Counted from the stretch's first letter, positions 43,684-53,109 are shown. The stretch: 64,000 nt of DNA from an uncultured beta proteobacterium (GCA_903959855.1 CAJBYR010000176.1:11472-75471), one strand, 5' to 3'. Made by a program: numbers and translations. Notes: generated by a model not told the origin, from the letters alone.

Positions 43684-46600
43684 ATGGCTGAATTCCTTGC
43701 CCTGCGCGGTTCTGCCGCATTTTCGGCGTCGCGTCTGGCGCGCCTGCAAAAGTCCGTCGGGGAGCAGTTCGCCGGCCTCAAGATTGCCGCCGAGCACTGG
43801 TACTTCGTCGAGCTGGAAAGGCCGCTGACGGCCGATGAGCAATCGCGGCTGGGCGACTTGCTGGGCATTCCCTCGCCCTTGCCCGCGGCGCCGGACGGCA
43901 CCCTGCTGCTGGTGACGCCGCGCCTGGGCACGATCTCCCCCTGGAGTTCCAAGGCCACGGACATCGCCCGCAACTGCGGCTTCGCCGCGGTGCAGCGCAT
44001 TGAGCGCGGCACGGCCTATCACCTGCGGGGCAAGGGGCAAGAGTCGGCGCTGGCGACACGGCGAATTTCCGTGCTGCTGCACGATCGTATGACCGAATCG
44101 GTGCTCGATGCCATCGACGCCGCGCGCGCGCTGTTCCACCACGTCGCGCCGCAGCCGCTGAGCACGGTCGACATCCTCGGCGGCGGCAAGGCGGCGCTGG
44201 TGACGGCGAACAGCGAGCTTGGGCTGGCCCTGTCCGACGACGAGATCGACTACCTGGTCGAGAACTTCGGCAGGATGGGGCGCAACCCGACCGACGTCGA
44301 ATTGATGATGTTCGCCCAGGCCAATTCCGAACACTGCCGCCACAAGATCTTCAACGCCTCGTGGACCGTCGATGGTGTCGATCAGCCGCTGTCCCTGTTC
44401 GGCATGATCCGCGAGACGCACAAGGCCCACCCCGAGGGCACGGTGGTGGCCTATTCCGACAATGCCGCGGTGATCGAGGGGGCGATGATCCGGCGCTTCT
44501 ATCCGCGCGCCGACGGCAGCTACCAGTACAGCGAGCAGCTGACCCACATCCTGGCGAAGGTCGAGACCCACAACCATCCGACGGCGATCGCACCGTTTCC
44601 CGGCGCCGCCACCGGCTCCGGCGGCGAAATCCGCGACGAGGGCGCCACCGGGCGCGGCTCCAAGCCCAAGGCCGGGCTCTGCGGCTTCTCGGTCTCCGAC
44701 CTGAAGATCCCCGGCTGGGTCCAGCCCTGGGAATCCGACTACGGCAAGCCCGAGCGCATCGCTTCCGCCCTGGACATCATGATCGAAGGCCCGATCGGCG
44801 CCGCCGCTTTCAACAACGAATTCGGCCGGCCCAACCTCGCCGGCTACTTCCGCACCTACGAACAGCAATTCAACGGCGAGATGCGCGGCTACCACAAGCC
44901 GATCATGATCGCCGGCGGCATGGGCAACATCGCCGCCGAAGATGCCTTCAAGATCGAATTCAAGCCCGGCACGTTGCTGATCCAGCTGGGCGGCCCCGGC
45001 ATGCTGATCGGCCTGGGCGGCGGCGCGGCCTCGTCAATGGCCACCGGCACCAACACGGCGGATCTTGATTTCGCCTCGGTGCAGCGTGGCAACCCCGAGA
45101 TCCAGCGCCGCGCCCAGGAGGTGATCGACCGTTGCTGGCAGATGGGTGAGAAGAATCCGATCCTGGCGATCCACGATGTCGGCGCCGGCGGCATTTCCAA
45201 CGCCATGCCGGAACTCGCCCATGGCGCCGGTTGCGGTGCGGCCTTCGACCTGCGTGCCGTGCCCTCGGAAGAGCCGGGCATGTCGCCGCGCGAGATCTGG
45301 TGCAACGAAGCCCAGGAGCGCTACGTGCTGGCCATCGCCCCAGAGCGGCTGGACGAGTTTCGTGCCCTGTGCGAGCGCGAGCGCTGCCCCTACGCCGTGA
45401 TCGGCACCGCCACCGGCGACGGCGAACTGACGGTGAAGGATGATCACTTCGGCAACAAGCCGGTGGAGATGTCGATGGATGTCCTGCTCGGCAAGCCGCC
45501 GCGCGTGCATCGCAATGCCGAGCGCCGTGCGGTGACCGCGCCGGCGCTGGATGTCTCCTCGCTCGAGATCAAGGATGCCGCCTGGCGCGTGCTGCGCCTG
45601 CCGGCCGTGGCCTCGAAGAACTTCCTCATCACCATCGGCGACCGCAGCGTCGGCGGCTTCACCGCCCGCGACCAGATGGTCGGCCCCTGGCAGGTGCCGG
45701 TGGCCGATGTCGCGGTGACCACGCTGGGCTATGACACTTTCCTCGGCGAAGCCTTCGCCATGGGCGAGCGCACGCCGCTGGCGCTGCTCGACGCCCCGGC
45801 CTCGGGCCGCATGGCGGTGGGCGAGGCGCTGACCAACCTGGCCGCCGCCGATGTCGGCGACATCAGCAAGATCAAGCTCTCGGCCAACTGGATGGCCGCC
45901 GCCGGCCATGGCTTTGAGGACGCGGCGCTGTTCGATACGGTCAAGGCCGTCGGCATCGACTTCTGCCCCCAGCTCGGCGTGGCAATTCCCGTCGGCAAGG
46001 ATTCGCTGTCGATGCGCACAAAATGGGCCGATGGCGCGACGCAGAAGCAGGTCACCGCACCGCTGTCGCTGATCATTACCGCCTTCGCCGCTGTCGATGA
46101 TGCGCGGCGTACGTTGACGCCGCAGTTGCGCGCCGACGCCGAGGTCGGCGAAACCGAACTCTTGCTGATCGACCTCGGCCAGGGCCGCAACCGCCTCGGC
46201 GGCTCGGCGCTGGCGCAGGTGTATGGCGTCAGCGGCGATATTGCGCCCGACGTCGATCCGGCGCCGCTCAAGGCCTTCTTCGGCGCGATCCAGGCGCTGA
46301 ATCGTGCCGGCAGGATCCTCGCCTATCACGACCGTTCCGACGGCGGCCTGTTCGCCACGGTCTGCGAGATGAGTTTCTGCTCGCACGTCGGCGTCTCGCT
46401 CAACATGGACGGCCTCTGCTACGACCCGCTGATGAACGACGTCGATGGCAGCGAACGTTTTCCGCAGATCGCCGGGCGCCTGCGCGAACGCATGATGGCG
46501 GCCTTGTTCACCGAGGAACTCGGCGCCGTGATCCAGATCCGCCGTGACGAGCGCAGCGTCGTCATGCAGGCGCTGCGCGATGCCGGGCTAGGTGCCTGCA

Positions 46601-47619
46601 CCCATGCCATCGGCGGCACCAACACGGCCGACGAGGTGCGCGTCTGGCGCAATGCCAAGCCGGTGTTCAGCGCCAAGCGCAGCGAACTGCAGCAGGCCTG
46701 GAGCGAGGTCAGCTTCCAGATCGCCAGCCTGCGTGACGATCCGGCTTGCGCGCGCGAGGAGTTCGATGCGCTGGCCGATGCCGGCAATCCGGGGCTCTCG
46801 GTGGTCACCAGCTTCACCCCGGCGCCTTTCGTCGCCACCAGTGCTCGGCCGAAGATTGCGATATTGCGCGAGCAAGGCGTGAATGGCCATGTCGAGATGG
46901 CCGCCGCCTTCGAGCGTGCCGGCTTCGCCCCCTACGACGTGCATATGTCCGACCTGCAGGCCGGGCGCGTGCATCTGGCGGACTTCACGGGCTTTGCCGC
47001 CTGCGGCGGCTTTTCCTACGGCGACGTGCTCGGCGCCGGCCAGGGTTGGGCCAAGTCGGTGCTGTTCCACGAGCGCCTGCGCGACGAATTCACGGCATTC
47101 TTCCAGCGCGGCGACAGCTTCGCGCTGGGCGTGTGCAATGGCTGCCAGATGATGGCCCACTTCGCCCCGATCATCCCCGGCGCCCAGGATTGGCCGAGCT
47201 TCCAGCGCAACCGCAGCGAGCAGTTCGAGGCACGGGTGGTGATGGTCGAAATCCCCCAAACGCCGTCGATCTTCCTCTCCGATATGGCCGGCTCGAAGCT
47301 GCCGGTGGTGGTTAGCCACGGCGAAGGCCGCGCCGAGTTCGCGGCAGCGGCGGCGCAGGGCAGGGTGCTCACCGCCTTGCGCTACATCGACAATCGCGGC
47401 GCCGTGGCGACGGGCTACCCCTTCAACCCCAACGGCTCGCCTGAGGGCCTGGCCGGCGTGACTACCGCTGACGGCCGCTTCACCATCATGATGCCGCACC
47501 CCGAACGCACTTTCCGCACAGTGCAGATGTCATGGCACCCGGATGGCCTCGGCGAAGCCGGCAAGGAAAACTCGCGCTGGCTGGAAATGTTCCGCAACGC
47601 GCGGCGCTGGCTGGGCTGA
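43684..47619 (+). CDS. purL: phosphoribosylformylglycinamidine synthase (large single-chain form)
   Basis: Start chosen at ATG 43684 ([21 protein letters not shown]). About 1311 aa, with a C-terminal glutamine amidotransferase domain (GVCNGCQMM ... MPHPER). Confidence 0.97.
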   Translation: MAEFLALRGSAAFSASRLARLQKSVGEQFAGLKIAAEHWYFVELERPLTADEQSRLGDLLGIPSPLPAAPDGTLLLVTPRLGTISPWSSKATDIARNCGFAAVQRIERGTAYHLRGKGQESALATRRISVLLHDRMTESVLDAIDAARALFHHVAPQPLSTVDILGGGKAALVTANSELGLALSDDEIDYLVENFGRMGRNPTDVELMMFAQANSEHCRHKIFNASWTVDGVDQPLSLFGMIRETHKAHPEGTVVAYSDNAAVIEGAMIRRFYPRADGSYQYSEQLTHILAKVETHNHPTAIAPFPGAATGSGGEIRDEGATGRGSKPKAGLCGFSVSDLKIPGWVQPWESDYGKPERIASALDIMIEGPIGAAAFNNEFGRPNLAGYFRTYEQQFNGEMRGYHKPIMIAGGMGNIAAEDAFKIEFKPGTLLIQLGGPGMLIGLGGGAASSMATGTNTADLDFASVQRGNPEIQRRAQEVIDRCWQMGEKNPILAIHDVGAGGISNAMPELAHGAGCGAAFDLRAVPSEEPGMSPREIWCNEAQERYVLAIAPERLDEFRALCERERCPYAVIGTATGDGELTVKDDHFGNKPVEMSMDVLLGKPPRVHRNAERRAVTAPALDVSSLEIKDAAWRVLRLPAVASKNFLITIGDRSVGGFTARDQMVGPWQVPVADVAVTTLGYDTFLGEAFAMGERTPLALLDAPASGRMAVGEALTNLAAADVGDISKIKLSANWMAAAGHGFEDAALFDTVKAVGIDFCPQLGVAIPVGKDSLSMRTKWADGATQKQVTAPLSLIITAFAAVDDARRTLTPQLRADAEVGETELLLIDLGQGRNRLGGSALAQVYGVSGDIAPDVDPAPLKAFFGAIQALNRAGRILAYHDRSDGGLFATVCEMSFCSHVGVSLNMDGLCYDPLMNDVDGSERFPQIAGRLRERMMAALFTEELGAVIQIRRDERSVVMQALRDAGLGACTHAIGGTNTADEVRVWRNAKPVFSAKRSELQQAWSEVSFQIASLRDDPACAREEFDALADAGNPGLSVVTSFTPAPFVATSARPKIAILREQGVNGHVEMAAAFERAGFAPYDVHMSDLQAGRVHLADFTGFAACGGFSYGDVLGAGQGWAKSVLFHERLRDEFTAFFQRGDSFALGVCNGCQMMAHFAPIIPGAQDWPSFQRNRSEQFEARVVMVEIPQTPSIFLSDMAGSKLPVVVSHGEGRAEFAAAAAQGRVLTALRYIDNRGAVATGYPFNPNGSPEGLAGVTTADGRFTIMMPHPERTFRTVQMSWHPDGLGEAGKENSRWLEMFRNARRWLG

Positions 47620-48311
47620 TGGTCCTGCCCGGCAACCCTCGGACCCGGCGCGTCGCTGCGGCCGTGCTGCTGCTGGCGGTGCTGTGGGGCGCCGCCTGGG
47701 TCGCCGGCGGTCGCTTCCTGGCGGATGCATCGAGGTACGAGGTCCGGCATTTTCTCGACCGCTGGCGCGCCGGCACCTTGAAGCTGGAGCCGGCGCGGCT
47801 GGATGAACTCCAGGCCCAACAGACGCGGGCCGCCGCGCAGGACCCCGGCAATCCCTGGATCGAGTTCGAGCTCGCCCATCTGCTGCTGTCGCGCCCCCGT
47901 CTTCCGCTGCAACTGATCGACCCGGCAATGACGGCCCGGCAGTTCGAAGCACGCGATCGTTACCGCCATGTGGTGATGCTGCGCCCCACCTGGGAACTTG
48001 CCTGGGCGAACCTCGCGGTGAGCAAGGTGGTGCTGGGCCAGGTCGATCGCGAATTTTTCGCCGCGATGGAGCTCGCACTGCGCCATGGGCCGTGGAACCA
48101 GGACGTCCAGATGAATATCATCCGTACCGGGCTATCGGTCTGGCCCCTGCTGCCCTTGCCACTGCAGTCACAGCTGCGTCAGGCGATATATCGCCAGGCA
48201 CACTGGCGCTTGTCGCCCCAGGCAGCTGCGCTGCGGAACATGCTGACCACGGCGGGGCACGCGGAACTGTTGTGCCTGTTGGAGGCCGCGCCCAAGGGCT
48301 GCGTGCCCTGA
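47619..48311 (+). CDS. hypothetical membrane-anchored helical protein
   Basis: ATG 47619 overlaps the purL stop (TGATG). It begins [30 protein letters not shown] (basic N-terminus plus one TM helix) and continues as a soluble helix-rich body. No family recognised. The track ORF starts earlier (47532), inside purL. Confidence 0.5.
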   Translation: MVLPGNPRTRRVAAAVLLLAVLWGAAWVAGGRFLADASRYEVRHFLDRWRAGTLKLEPARLDELQAQQTRAAAQDPGNPWIEFELAHLLLSRPRLPLQLIDPAMTARQFEARDRYRHVVMLRPTWELAWANLAVSKVVLGQVDREFFAAMELALRHGPWNQDVQMNIIRTGLSVWPLLPLPLQSQLRQAIYRQAHWRLSPQAAALRNMLTTAGHAELLCLLEAAPKGCVP

Positions 48312-48315
48312 GACC

Positions 48316-49737
48316 TTAGTCCGGCCTGGCGCTGTCGCCGCGCAGGGTGGAGGCAACCCAGGCCAGCGCCAGCATCACGCTCATGGTCATGGCATTGGCC
48401 GGAATCTGCATGTTGAAATCGACTGCGCTATGGATCAGCAGCCAGCAGATTGCCAGCGTGACGCCGAAGGCCGTGCCGCGCATCAGCGGGTCATTGCGCC
48501 GGCGCATGGCCGTCACTGCTTGCCAGGCGGCCAGCAGCACGATAAGGCCGCAACAGGCCATGCCGATTGCGCCGGATTCCGCCAGCAGCTGCAGGTAATC
48601 GTTGTGCGCATAATCCACCCAGCCGGTAAAAGAGCCATTGGCATAGCCGGGGAACACGGCGTCGAAGCTGCCGGCCCCCGATCCCGCGGGCAGGAAGTCA
48701 CGGGCATGGCGCAGCGTGATCCGCGACACTTCGTCGCGGTCCTCGGTGGGCAGCACCTGCTCGGCATTGGTCGAGACTTCTGTCTGGCTGATGCGCTGTG
48801 CCACCTGATCGACGCCGAACCAGGTGCCGACGATCAGCACATCCAGCGCGATCAGGCTGGCGAGGAAGAGCATGGTCGAACGTGGTGCATTGCGCATCAG
48901 CAAGAGGCCCAGTACGCCGACCACCAGCGTGCCGGCAAAGAAGGCCGTGTTGCCGGTGCGCGAGCGCGTCAGCACCAGGGCGATGACCATGATGATCAGG
49001 TAGATGCGCAGCCGCGTCTTTTCCCCCAGCAGCAGCTTGACCAGCGAGCGCAGGCGCTGCCGCCAGCTATGCACGGCGTCGCCGCCCAGCTTGGCGATCA
49101 TCAGCCCGATGCCGGCGGCGAGGCAGAGGTTGAGGTAGCCGGCGAGATGGTTGCGGTTGATGAAGGTGCCGGTGGCCAGGCCCTGATTGACGTACTTCGG
49201 GATGAAAAAGCCGTACTCCGTGCCGGAAAGCACCATCACGCTGCCATACACCGCCCGCGCCACGCCGGAAAGCACCAGGGCCATCAGCAGCCACTCCAGC
49301 TTGCGCCGCGTGTCGACCAGTTGCAGCACCAGGCAGAAGGCGCAGGCATAGGCCAGTACACGCAGCCATTGTTCCTGCGTGGCATGGACGTCGAGGCTCA
49401 GCGTCATCGCGTCCGGCGCAGTCCTGCCGAGCGCCAGTGCCGCCAGCCGCTGTGCCTCGTGGGCGTGGGGCGACATGGCGTAAATCCATTGTGCCGGCAA
49501 GGTGAGGGATTGCAGCCCGATGTACAGCCACCATAGTGTGCCCAACGCAATGGCCCAGCGGGCGCTGTGCAAGGCCGGCGTCGGCGCGATGCGGCCACGC
49601 GCGTATGCCAGCACGGCGCCGCTGGCCAGCAGGCAGGCGAGGACCACCATGAGCGCGGCGGCCCAGGGACGATTGCTGGCAAAGGGCAGGGGCACCCAGA
49701 CCAGGAGCAGCAGCAGGCCGGGAAAGAGAAGATTCAT
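48316..49737 (-). CDS. O-antigen ligase / Wzy_C family polytopic membrane protein (WaaL- or PglL-type)
   Basis: 473 aa with at least 10 hydrophobic helices and the family signature around the conserved His: WVDYAHNDYLQLLAESGAIGMACCGLIVL. Confidence 0.8.
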   Translation of the reverse strand: MNLLFPGLLLLLVWVPLPFASNRPWAAALMVVLACLLASGAVLAYARGRIAPTPALHSARWAIALGTLWWLYIGLQSLTLPAQWIYAMSPHAHEAQRLAALALGRTAPDAMTLSLDVHATQEQWLRVLAYACAFCLVLQLVDTRRKLEWLLMALVLSGVARAVYGSVMVLSGTEYGFFIPKYVNQGLATGTFINRNHLAGYLNLCLAAGIGLMIAKLGGDAVHSWRQRLRSLVKLLLGEKTRLRIYLIIMVIALVLTRSRTGNTAFFAGTLVVGVLGLLLMRNAPRSTMLFLASLIALDVLIVGTWFGVDQVAQRISQTEVSTNAEQVLPTEDRDEVSRITLRHARDFLPAGSGAGSFDAVFPGYANGSFTGWVDYAHNDYLQLLAESGAIGMACCGLIVLLAAWQAVTAMRRRNDPLMRGTAFGVTLAICWLLIHSAVDFNMQIPANAMTMSVMLALAWVASTLRGDSARPD

Positions 49738-49897
49738 GAATCGGGAAAAGCCTTAAAGGACCGCGAATTCTAATGCCGCTGCCGGCGCGACCGTACCGGA
49801 TTCGACCTACGCGAACTTGCCGGTATGCCCGGGCTCGGCGCCTGGGCCATGGCGCGGGATAGGTTGCATGCCGTGAATAATGCTTTGCACGACGGCC

Positions 49898-49926
49898 AAA
49901 GAAAAACGGGAGCCGAGGCTCCCGTT
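49898..49926 (-). terminator. rho-independent terminator downstream of the Ala/Gln-rich protein gene
   Basis: The minus strand reads AACGGGAGCC-TCGG-CTCCCGTT followed by TTTTCTTT. It starts 20 nt after the stop at 49946. Confidence 0.6.
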
Positions 49927-49945
49927 CGCTGGGGTAGGCCGTGGA

Positions 49946-50641
49946 TCAGCCGCAGCTGTTGCCGCAGGCCGGGGCGGTGTTCTGTTGTTGTTGCTGCTGT
50001 TGGGCACTAGCAATGATCACAGCCGCTGCCTGGACAATATTAGCGGGCAGTGCAGCCGCTTGTTGAGCCACCGCAGCTTGCAGAGTCGGCGCTGCTAATT
50101 GTACCGCCGCGTTATTGCTGATAATTGTTGAGTTGGCGGCCACCTGGGCAGCCGCAGCCGGTGCCGCGGCCTGAACCGACGGTGCGGAAATGATGCTCAT
50201 GGAGCTTACCGCCACGGCGGCCGCAGCGGCCGGTGCTGCTGCGATCACCGATGGCTGCGATACGATCGCGGTGGCCCGCTGCGCAACTTGCGCTGCCACG
50301 GTGGGGTTTGCAGCAATCACCGCAGGCGTATTCGCAACACGCACGGCGGCTTGCGCGCCCGCAGCAGCAGCCGACGGATTGGTCGCAACCAGGGCTTGCG
50401 CGGCGTTGGCGACCTGACTTGCCAAAGTCCCGGCCAAGGTGGAGTTGGTTCCGGCAAGTAGGTTGATGGCTGCGGCGATGTTGTCGGCATTGCCTGAAAG
50501 CAGCGCGGCCCGCAGTGCAGGCGGCAGTAGATTGATGGTGGCCTGGTCAGCTGCGTTGGGAGCAGCCTGCTGCGCCTGCGCGACGTAAGGAACGGAACCC
50601 AGCGCAATCAGGCTGGCGGCGATTAGCAGTTTGATTTTCAT
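49946..50641 (-). CDS. secreted Ala/Gln/Ser/Pro-rich low-complexity repeat protein, function unknown
   Basis: 231 aa. AGGAA lies 5 nt upstream of ATG 50641, and the signal peptide is MKIKLLIAASLIALGSVPYVAQA. The body consists of degenerate A/V/I/Q/S/P repeats with a Q7 run, ending in ...APACGNSCG. A dedicated terminator lies downstream. The + strand ORFs here are mirror artefacts. Confidence 0.6.
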   Translation of the reverse strand: MKIKLLIAASLIALGSVPYVAQAQQAAPNAADQATINLLPPALRAALLSGNADNIAAAINLLAGTNSTLAGTLASQVANAAQALVATNPSAAAAGAQAAVRVANTPAVIAANPTVAAQVAQRATAIVSQPSVIAAAPAAAAAVAVSSMSIISAPSVQAAAPAAAAQVAANSTIISNNAAVQLAAPTLQAAVAQQAAALPANIVQAAAVIIASAQQQQQQQNTAPACGNSCG

Positions 50642-50688
50642 GGGTTTTCCTTTCAGTGATTGGCGTAGCTCACAAATACGCTTGAATA

Positions 50689-51489
50689 TTACTCGACTTT
50701 GGCCTTGGCGCGCAAGTCATCGATGTGCTTTTGCACCATGCGCTGGGTCAGCTGCTGGCTGATCTGGCCTTTGGCTTCATCGACGCCGGGCAGTTTCAAT
50801 TCGCGGGTGTCTTCCAGCATGATGATGTGCCAGCCGAAATCGGTCTTGACCGGGGCGGCGGTGAACTTGCCTTTTTCAAGCTTGGTCATGGCCGCCGAGA
50901 AGGCAGGCACGAAAGAGGCCGGATTGGCCCAGCCGAGGTCGCCGCCGCGATCCTTGGAGCCGGGATCCTTGGATTCCTTGGCCAGGTCTTCGAGCTTCTC
51001 GCCCTTTGACAGTCGCGCCAGGATGGCCTTAGCCGCGTCCTCGGTTTCGACCAGGATGTGGCGCGCCTTGTATTCCTTGTTGCCCAGCTTGGCGGTGATT
51101 TCTTCGTATTCCTTCTTGACCTGCTCGTCGGTGATCGGGTGCGTCTTGACGTAGTCATTGAGGTAGGCGCCGATCAGCACGCCCTGGCGGGCGAGATCAA
51201 CCTGGCCCTGCACCTCGGGCTTCTTGTCGAAACCCTTTTTCAGGGCTTCCTGGGTCAGGATTTCGCGGCGTACCAGTTCTTCGGTCACGGCCTTGCGCAG
51301 TTCCGGCGAATCGGGCTGCCCCTGCGCGGCCTGGCCGGCGATCAGGGCGTCGGCGCGGACCTTGGGGATGGCCTTGCCATTGACCGTGGCGAAGGTGTTG
51401 GCATCGGCCTTCTTCTGGGCAAAGGCGGGCGCGGCGGCAAGGGTTGCGGCAAAGCTGAGCAGGACGGCGTGACGGAGGGTGCGATTCAT
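50689..51489 (-). CDS. parvulin-type peptidyl-prolyl cis-trans isomerase (PpiC/SurA-like, periplasmic)
   Basis: Start chosen at ATG 51489 (MNRTLRHAVLLSFAATLAAAPAFA signal peptide; AGGAA 6 nt upstream). The rotamase domain reads ARHILVETED...GGDLGW...FGWHIIMLED. Confidence 0.85.
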   Translation of the reverse strand: MNRTLRHAVLLSFAATLAAAPAFAQKKADANTFATVNGKAIPKVRADALIAGQAAQGQPDSPELRKAVTEELVRREILTQEALKKGFDKKPEVQGQVDLARQGVLIGAYLNDYVKTHPITDEQVKKEYEEITAKLGNKEYKARHILVETEDAAKAILARLSKGEKLEDLAKESKDPGSKDRGGDLGWANPASFVPAFSAAMTKLEKGKFTAAPVKTDFGWHIIMLEDTRELKLPGVDEAKGQISQQLTQRMVQKHIDDLRAKAKVE

Positions 51490-51515
51490 CGTGGTTCCTG
51501 AATAAGAGGAAGGCT

Positions 51516-51779
51516 TCAAGGTTCGTCGGGGGATTTGGCGGTGATGCTGAGTGCGTGAATCTCGCGCTTCATCAGCGGGCCGAGCGCATGATACACCAAG
51601 CGGTGTCTTTCCATGGTCCGGCAGCCGGCAAAGCGCGGCGAAACAATGCTCAATCGATAGTGGCCGCCACCGGATTTTGCCCCGGCATGGCCGGCATGTT
51701 TGGCCGAGTCGTCAATGATCTCGACCGCGCCCGGTTCCAGCACCGCAAGGGCAGCGCGCATGGCATCGATGACGCTCAT
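51516..51779 (-). CDS. BolA family protein
   Basis: 87 aa. The BolA pattern is DDSAKHAGHAG...HYRLSIVSPRFAG...ERHRLVYHAL...IHALSI. Confidence 0.85.
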   Translation of the reverse strand: MSVIDAMRAALAVLEPGAVEIIDDSAKHAGHAGAKSGGGHYRLSIVSPRFAGCRTMERHRLVYHALGPLMKREIHALSITAKSPDEP

Positions 51780-51934
51780 GATTGCGGAAACACCTGCCTG
51801 AAGCAGGGTACCGTGACGTGGGCATAGACGCCGGCGGCATCAAGTTCGGTCAGCCGGGCCAGGTGGGCCGGGCGGGCGGCCAGGCGGTGTTCGAGACTGT
51901 TCGGCACGTCTTCGCCGACGATGGCATACAGCAT
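51776..51934 (-). CDS. YciI-like protein remnant (52 codons; in-frame internal deletion, possibly non-functional)
   Basis: Below the 60-aa cutoff of the ORF track. Own codon-by-codon translation: MLYAIVGEDVPNSLEHRLAARPAHLARLTELDAAGVYAHVTVPCFRQVFPQS*. GGAG lies 8 nt upstream, and the stop overlaps the bolA start (ATGA). The N- and C-terminal segments match the YciI family, but the roughly 45-residue middle is missing. Confidence 0.5.
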   Translation of the reverse strand: MLYAIVGEDVPNSLEHRLAARPAHLARLTELDAAGVYAHVTVPCFRQVFPQS

Positions 51935-51965
51935 GGGGTTCTCCGGTGGGTTGGCAGGCGGTGAA

Positions 51966-52535
51966 TCAGCCTTTGCCCTGCGCGGGCGGGGCCGGCTCTT
52001 CTTTTTCCTCGGGAATGTACTTGGCGAGGACCAGACCTTGCAGCACGATGAACACCAGCATCAGGCCCATGCTGCCGAAGAGCTTGAAACTGACCCAGGT
52101 ATCGGTGCTGAAGTTGAAGGCCACCCACAGATTGAGCACCCCCATGGCCGCAAAGAAACCGGCCCAGGCCAGGTTGAGGCGGCCCCACAAGGGCTCGGGC
52201 AGGTTCATCTGCGCCTGGCTGAGCATGGCGCGGATCAGGTTCTTGCCGAAGAACTGTGCCGAGGCGAACAGCGTGACGGCGAACAACCAGTAGAGCACGG
52301 TCGGCTTCCACTTGATGAAGGTTTCATCGCGCAGCAGCAGCGTGGCGCCGCCGAAAACCACGACCAGGCCGAGGCTGACCCAGAGCATGGTGTCCACCTT
52401 GCGATGGCGGTGCCAGACCCAGGCGATCTGCGCCACGGTCGCGGCGATCACCACGCCGGTCGCGACGTAGATGTCGAAGACCTTGAAGGCGATGAAAAAA
52501 AGGATGATCGGGAAGAGGTCGAAAAGGAATTTCAT
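51966..52535 (-). CDS. yciB: intracellular septation protein A (YciB/IspZ)
   Basis: 189 aa. [28 protein letters not shown]... is a five-helix inner-membrane protein typical of YciB. Confidence 0.9.
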   Translation of the reverse strand: MKFLFDLFPIILFFIAFKVFDIYVATGVVIAATVAQIAWVWHRHRKVDTMLWVSLGLVVVFGGATLLLRDETFIKWKPTVLYWLFAVTLFASAQFFGKNLIRAMLSQAQMNLPEPLWGRLNLAWAGFFAAMGVLNLWVAFNFSTDTWVSFKLFGSMGLMLVFIVLQGLVLAKYIPEEKEEPAPPAQGKG

Positions 52536-52570
52536 GGGGCGGATTATAGAGAGCGGTGGGCGAGGAAATA

Positions 52571-52625
52571 TTGAGCGAAGCGAACCGTTCGGTCATCCCC
52601 TTCCGCGGGAAGGGGGCTGCGGGGA
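52571..52625. repeat. intergenic repeat copy A: GAGCGAAGCGAACCGTTCGG box plus GC hairpin
   Basis: It lies between msrB and yciB. The box gagcgaagcgaaccgttcgg (52573-52592) is followed by the hairpin ccccttcc-gcg-ggaagggg (52597-52615). A related copy is at 61471-61520. Confidence 0.45.
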
Positions 52626-52629
52626 TGGC

Positions 52630-53028
<399 letters not shown>

Positions 53029-53109
53029 GGGGCCTCCGGTGGGGCTGACTATAATTGGGCATATGTCGCTTCAGATCAAGCCCGCCGCAAAAAGCTTCTG
53101 CTTTCGTCG

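Noticed and set aside
49982-50002. CAG/CAA tract (Q7) as a phase-variation switch
   Set aside because: Trinucleotide slippage keeps the reading frame, and the tract is short and interrupted (mixed CAG and CAA). At most it gives length polymorphism, not on/off switching.
51850-52311. 153-aa minus-strand ORF overlapping yciB in another frame and reaching into the yciI remnant region
   Set aside because: It is out of frame with the clearly recognisable yciB and has Arg/Pro/Gly-rich shadow composition. The short YciI-like frame with RBS and ATGA coupling explains the region better.
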